Virus record (IMG/VR): IMGVR_UViG_3300020161_000678
Coordinates: 1,232 to 65,231 of that record
DNA: 64,000 bases
Direction: 5' to 3' (one strand)
Source of the DNA: a virus
Taxonomy: Duplodnaviria; Caudoviricetes
Shown here: piece after piece, positions 60,638 to 64,000 of the stretch
Position numbering within the stretch: the stretch's first letter is position 1
How the letters are laid out: each line of letters begins with the position of its first letter
Notes under the pieces: generated by a model
The model's input: the letters and a program-made list of their open reading frames with translations, nothing else
Databases searched by the model: none
What the model was told of the DNA's origin: nothing
Made by a program: the position numbers and the translations under genes

Positions 60638-60893
60638 TCTTTAAAGTCTCATCATACCATTTGCAAGCATCTGGTTCAGGTGAGAATCTGCAATAGAGTG
60701 GCTCAAACGATAAAATTTTGTAAGTACCGTCTGGATTAAGAAGCACAGAACCTTTGTGCTCTTGTCCAACGGTTTTATCTATCCGGAATATTGGCACGTT
60801 CAATATTCTGGTTTGAGAGTCATAATTAGGTAAAAAGTCTTCAGCTCCTAAGCAGAGTGAAGGTATAATTAACAAAAGATATAGCAATTTCAT
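60624..60893 (-). CDS. Small secreted protein
   Basis: Signal peptide MKLLYLLLIIPSLCLG; GAGG RBS. Confidence 0.5.
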   Translation of the reverse strand: MKLLYLLLIIPSLCLGAEDFLPNYDSQTRILNVPIFRIDKTVGQEHKGSVLLNPDGTYKILSFEPLYCRFSPEPDACKWYDETLKIKLP

Positions 60894-60939
60894 ATTAACC
60901 TCCGGTGAAAATGGAAACTGTATCACACTGAGAAAAGAT

Positions 60940-61410
60940 ATGAATAGAATAAAATGGAATCCAGAGTGGAATACAGGTATTACTTCTATTGATAGCCAGC
61001 ATAAATGGTTAGTTAGACTTATCAATGAAGTAAAGTCATCTATATCTAATGAGGAGTGTAAAGCAGTATTCCTCAAGTTGGCTAAGTATATAGATGTTCA
61101 TTTCAAGCATGAGGAAGATCTGTTTGAAAGAACAGGGTATCCGAAAATGTTTGAACATATCCAACTACATGAAAGACTGTTAGAATCAACAGTCATGTTG
61201 AAGGATCGTTTGTTTAATGATCCACTCTTTGTTAAAGAAGAGGTTAGTGATTTCTTACTTGGGTGGCTATCTGGTCACATTTTACAAGAAGATAAAGAGT
61301 TTAGTGATTATTTGTTTAAGAGTTTAGATGATGCAAGGGTTAAAAGAATTATTGAGACTGATGCCATGCAGGCTGGGGTTTCACCGGAAGTGGATACTAC
61401 AACCGGATAG
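60940..61410 (+). CDS. Bacteriohemerythrin (single domain)
   Basis: W...WNTGI..ID.QH, HF.HEE..F...GYP...H...H, WL..HI..ED di-iron ligands. Confidence 0.92.
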   Translation: MNRIKWNPEWNTGITSIDSQHKWLVRLINEVKSSISNEECKAVFLKLAKYIDVHFKHEEDLFERTGYPKMFEHIQLHERLLESTVMLKDRLFNDPLFVKEEVSDFLLGWLSGHILQEDKEFSDYLFKSLDDARVKRIIETDAMQAGVSPEVDTTTG

Positions 61411-61479
61411 AGGTGTAGCTAGTCCAACTATTTGTAAAAGATGTGGGTTATATGAGCCAGGCATTTCCTGGCCTAGATA

Positions 61480-63932
61480 TTGAGGTGTGCTATGGGCGAA
61501 GCGAAGCGGCGTGGAACATTCCAACAACGTCAGGCAGAAGGTATTGCCAAACGGTTGGAATTGATTGAGGTAGCAAAAGAAGTGATTGCTGCAAAAGAAC
61601 GCGAACAAGAGGAAGCATGGAAGCAGATGACTCTTGACGAAAAGAAAGCTCTGATAGAGTTTGAAGCATTGCAGATGATTGCGTTTAACGGAGCATTTGC
61701 CAATGTTAGTCCAGAGCGTATCAAAGAACTAGCACAGGAAACTGTGTAATGGTTGAGCAAGGATATCTTTTAGCATCCGATGATGGTCGGTATGTGCGAA
61801 TCTATCCTAGAGCAGCAGAATTCAAATTGGTGTTCTTACCTAGAGCTGCGTCTAAATTCCAGACGTATCACATGGCTAAGAACATCATGAAGAAGCTTCA
61901 GCCAATGGGTAAAACTCTCAAAATATCGTATTTTAAATTGATGTAACTCTGTTTTCGAGTAGTCGATTTTGTTATAATATCATCATGTTAAGCAATTGAG
62001 CTTGGCAGTCAAAAGTTGATTAGGAGTATGTTTATGATAGATCCGAATGAGTATCTCGTTATTAAAAACATTAAGAACGAAGAGCATATCAATCAAATCA
62101 AAGAACTTTGGAAAGAAGTCTTCGACACTGAAGATATGGAAATCCTTACCATCGAAACCGATACGCTGATTCAAGACTTCATGGACTACGGTTTGTATGA
62201 AGAAAAGGAAGAAATTTGGACAGATGTTAGCATCACAAGTTTCGAGGAATTAGCCAGACCAGTAGAAATGGTTGGTATTAGAACTGTTTACACTCAAATT
62301 GGCGAACGTATCTACACCAATAACGTCATGGTTGTTAAAGATGCCAACGGCTTAGAGTGTATTAAAGCTGAAGATGTTTACTAGGAGCTAAAATGTATAA
62401 GATGGCCTGTGTACTGTCGAGTAAGAAGGGTTTGAGACCATTTGCATCTCACGCATACCTTGTGCCAATAAGAACGGCTGTGATACTAGATATCAACGAG
62501 TGTGTAGCCAGTTCAGAAAGGACATGCACAGACCTTTTATTTACATTTGATGGTACTGAATTTAAGGTGTGGTTAGTGCCGAACAAGAATACCAGATCAA
62601 GAGAACCACGTCTGATATTCTTTGGCACATGCTACACCAAAGGTGTTGATTCAGAACAGTTAGGACGACAAGTTCTGAATCAGATGTTTGATAACGATTA
62701 TGACATAGAATACACGGAGATCAAAGATGCCGTACTATGAGCAATATATGATTGTCCTTGACAGCAAGGCTGAGAAGTATTTAAAAGAATACTTTCTTAA
62801 ATACAATGTAACGCATGTGTTTAAGGGAAAGGTGTTGTTCTTTAGAGATCCAGTTACGTTTGCAGATGTCAGAGATAAACTGCTACCTAAGCTGAACAAC
62901 ACCTTTGATAGGTTTGCTGTTGTAGTACAGGATTTAACACAGACGCAGCTTGCTATCTCCTATTCAATACTTAAATGGGAAAGGATACTGTTCTCAAAAG
63001 CCCATGACATGGGCTCGACGAATTGTAGTCTGTGTGTTCAGTATAAAGAGACAAACAAAGGATGGTGTGTCAGTTGTCCAATCTTTCACAGAACAGGCAA
63101 ACAGTTCTGTGAGAAAACTCCATATGACGCATGGAATGATTACATGAAGATGTGTCACGGCATAAGACGTGATGCCTTTCATGCAAAAGGTCAAGACTTT
63201 AGTGGAGAAATGTTTGTGTTCGACGCAGTATCGGAAAGTCTTGCAAGAGATGAGTTGACGTATTTGCAAGACTTGTTAGAAATTTACAACGGAGATTAGA
63301 GATGAATGTCCATAAAGAAGTAAAACAGTACGTTCCAGTAGTTGATGGAGAATTAAAACTACAAGGATTCGTACAGAATTGCAACAATCCAGAACATAAG
63401 GAACATGAGGTAATAATAACATCGTCGTCAACAGGACCGCTACATGTTCTGCCAGTGATGTTAAGTATCTTCCCAGAAGAGCGAAGATTCGTGGTGGTAT
63501 ATCTACCAACAGCACCTAGCATCATGCAAGCTGCTCCAGATAAGTTTATCATGAAACGTCGATTGCATGAGGATGTACCAACAGACTTAGATCCATACAT
63601 GTTGGCAGAGTATATCATCAATAGCTTTTTTGGTCAGGCAGCCAGGTATATATTAATGACCGAAGAAGAGTTCATTGACATTATGACAATGACTCCGCTA
63701 GAACGTTTGGAACATCTAGTTCCAAACTCATCAGTGGTTCACTAAGATGCGAACCACTCATAAGAGTACTGGAATATGCAACCAACATCGTCCACCAGCT
63801 AATCTTCACTTCTCTGGAGTGAACAAGCGTAAGGAAACAAAGTGGTGTGGATTTGGTTCGATCAGATACTTACCACTTCAGGATGATGACTCTATCATTA
63901 ATTCGTTTAAGGAGCTAGTCAATGACTATTGA
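61480..63932 (+). other. Plus-strand hypothetical proteins
   Basis: ORF track 61480-61749, 61749-61946, 62016-62384, 62393-62740, 62727-63299 (CSLC..CVSCP Cys cluster), 63302-63745, 63747-63932. Confidence 0.5.
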
Positions 63933-64000
63933 GACTACCGTAGCAGAAATGCTCTTGAACACCATGATTAAGGCTGGTGTCGCTTTAGAATACGTTAAAG

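Overview
64-kb segment of a large tailed dsDNA phage, probably with a plasmid-like stage. Genes run almost entirely on the minus strand up to about 54.9 kb and switch to the plus strand after an iteron-type origin. The left half is a replication/recombination module: thyA, SNF2 helicase, DnaB, 5'-3' exonuclease, SbcD-like nuclease, resolvase, RecA, SSB, clamp loader, UDG-fused PolA, beta-clamp and ligase. It is interleaved with a probable 7-deazaguanine DNA-modification set (FolE, QueD/DpdL-like T-fold protein, glycosyltransferase, TGT/DpdA-like protein, possibly a radical SAM enzyme). The most striking element is at 18.6-21.1 kb. A stand-alone Cas7/RAMP-like gene and a winged-helix partner sit next to a nine-unit non-coding array, in which a 62-64 nt structured repeat alternates with tracts that have a strict 5-nt period (DGY-NN on the transcribed strand). 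This looks like a non-CRISPR RNA-guided system (VIPR-like). A second RNA system is a Ro60/TROVE gene with a cluster of Y-RNA-like and tRNA-like RNAs in three topologies (41.7-45.1 kb). Also seen: a fixed-spacing promoter motif (VTCTD-N21-TATAAT, 14 copies), a Rep_3 initiator with 22-bp iterons, and stand-alone sensory modules (ethylene-receptor-like domain, hemerythrin, HD-GYP). All protein assignments are motif recognition by eye; no database searches or folding programs were run.
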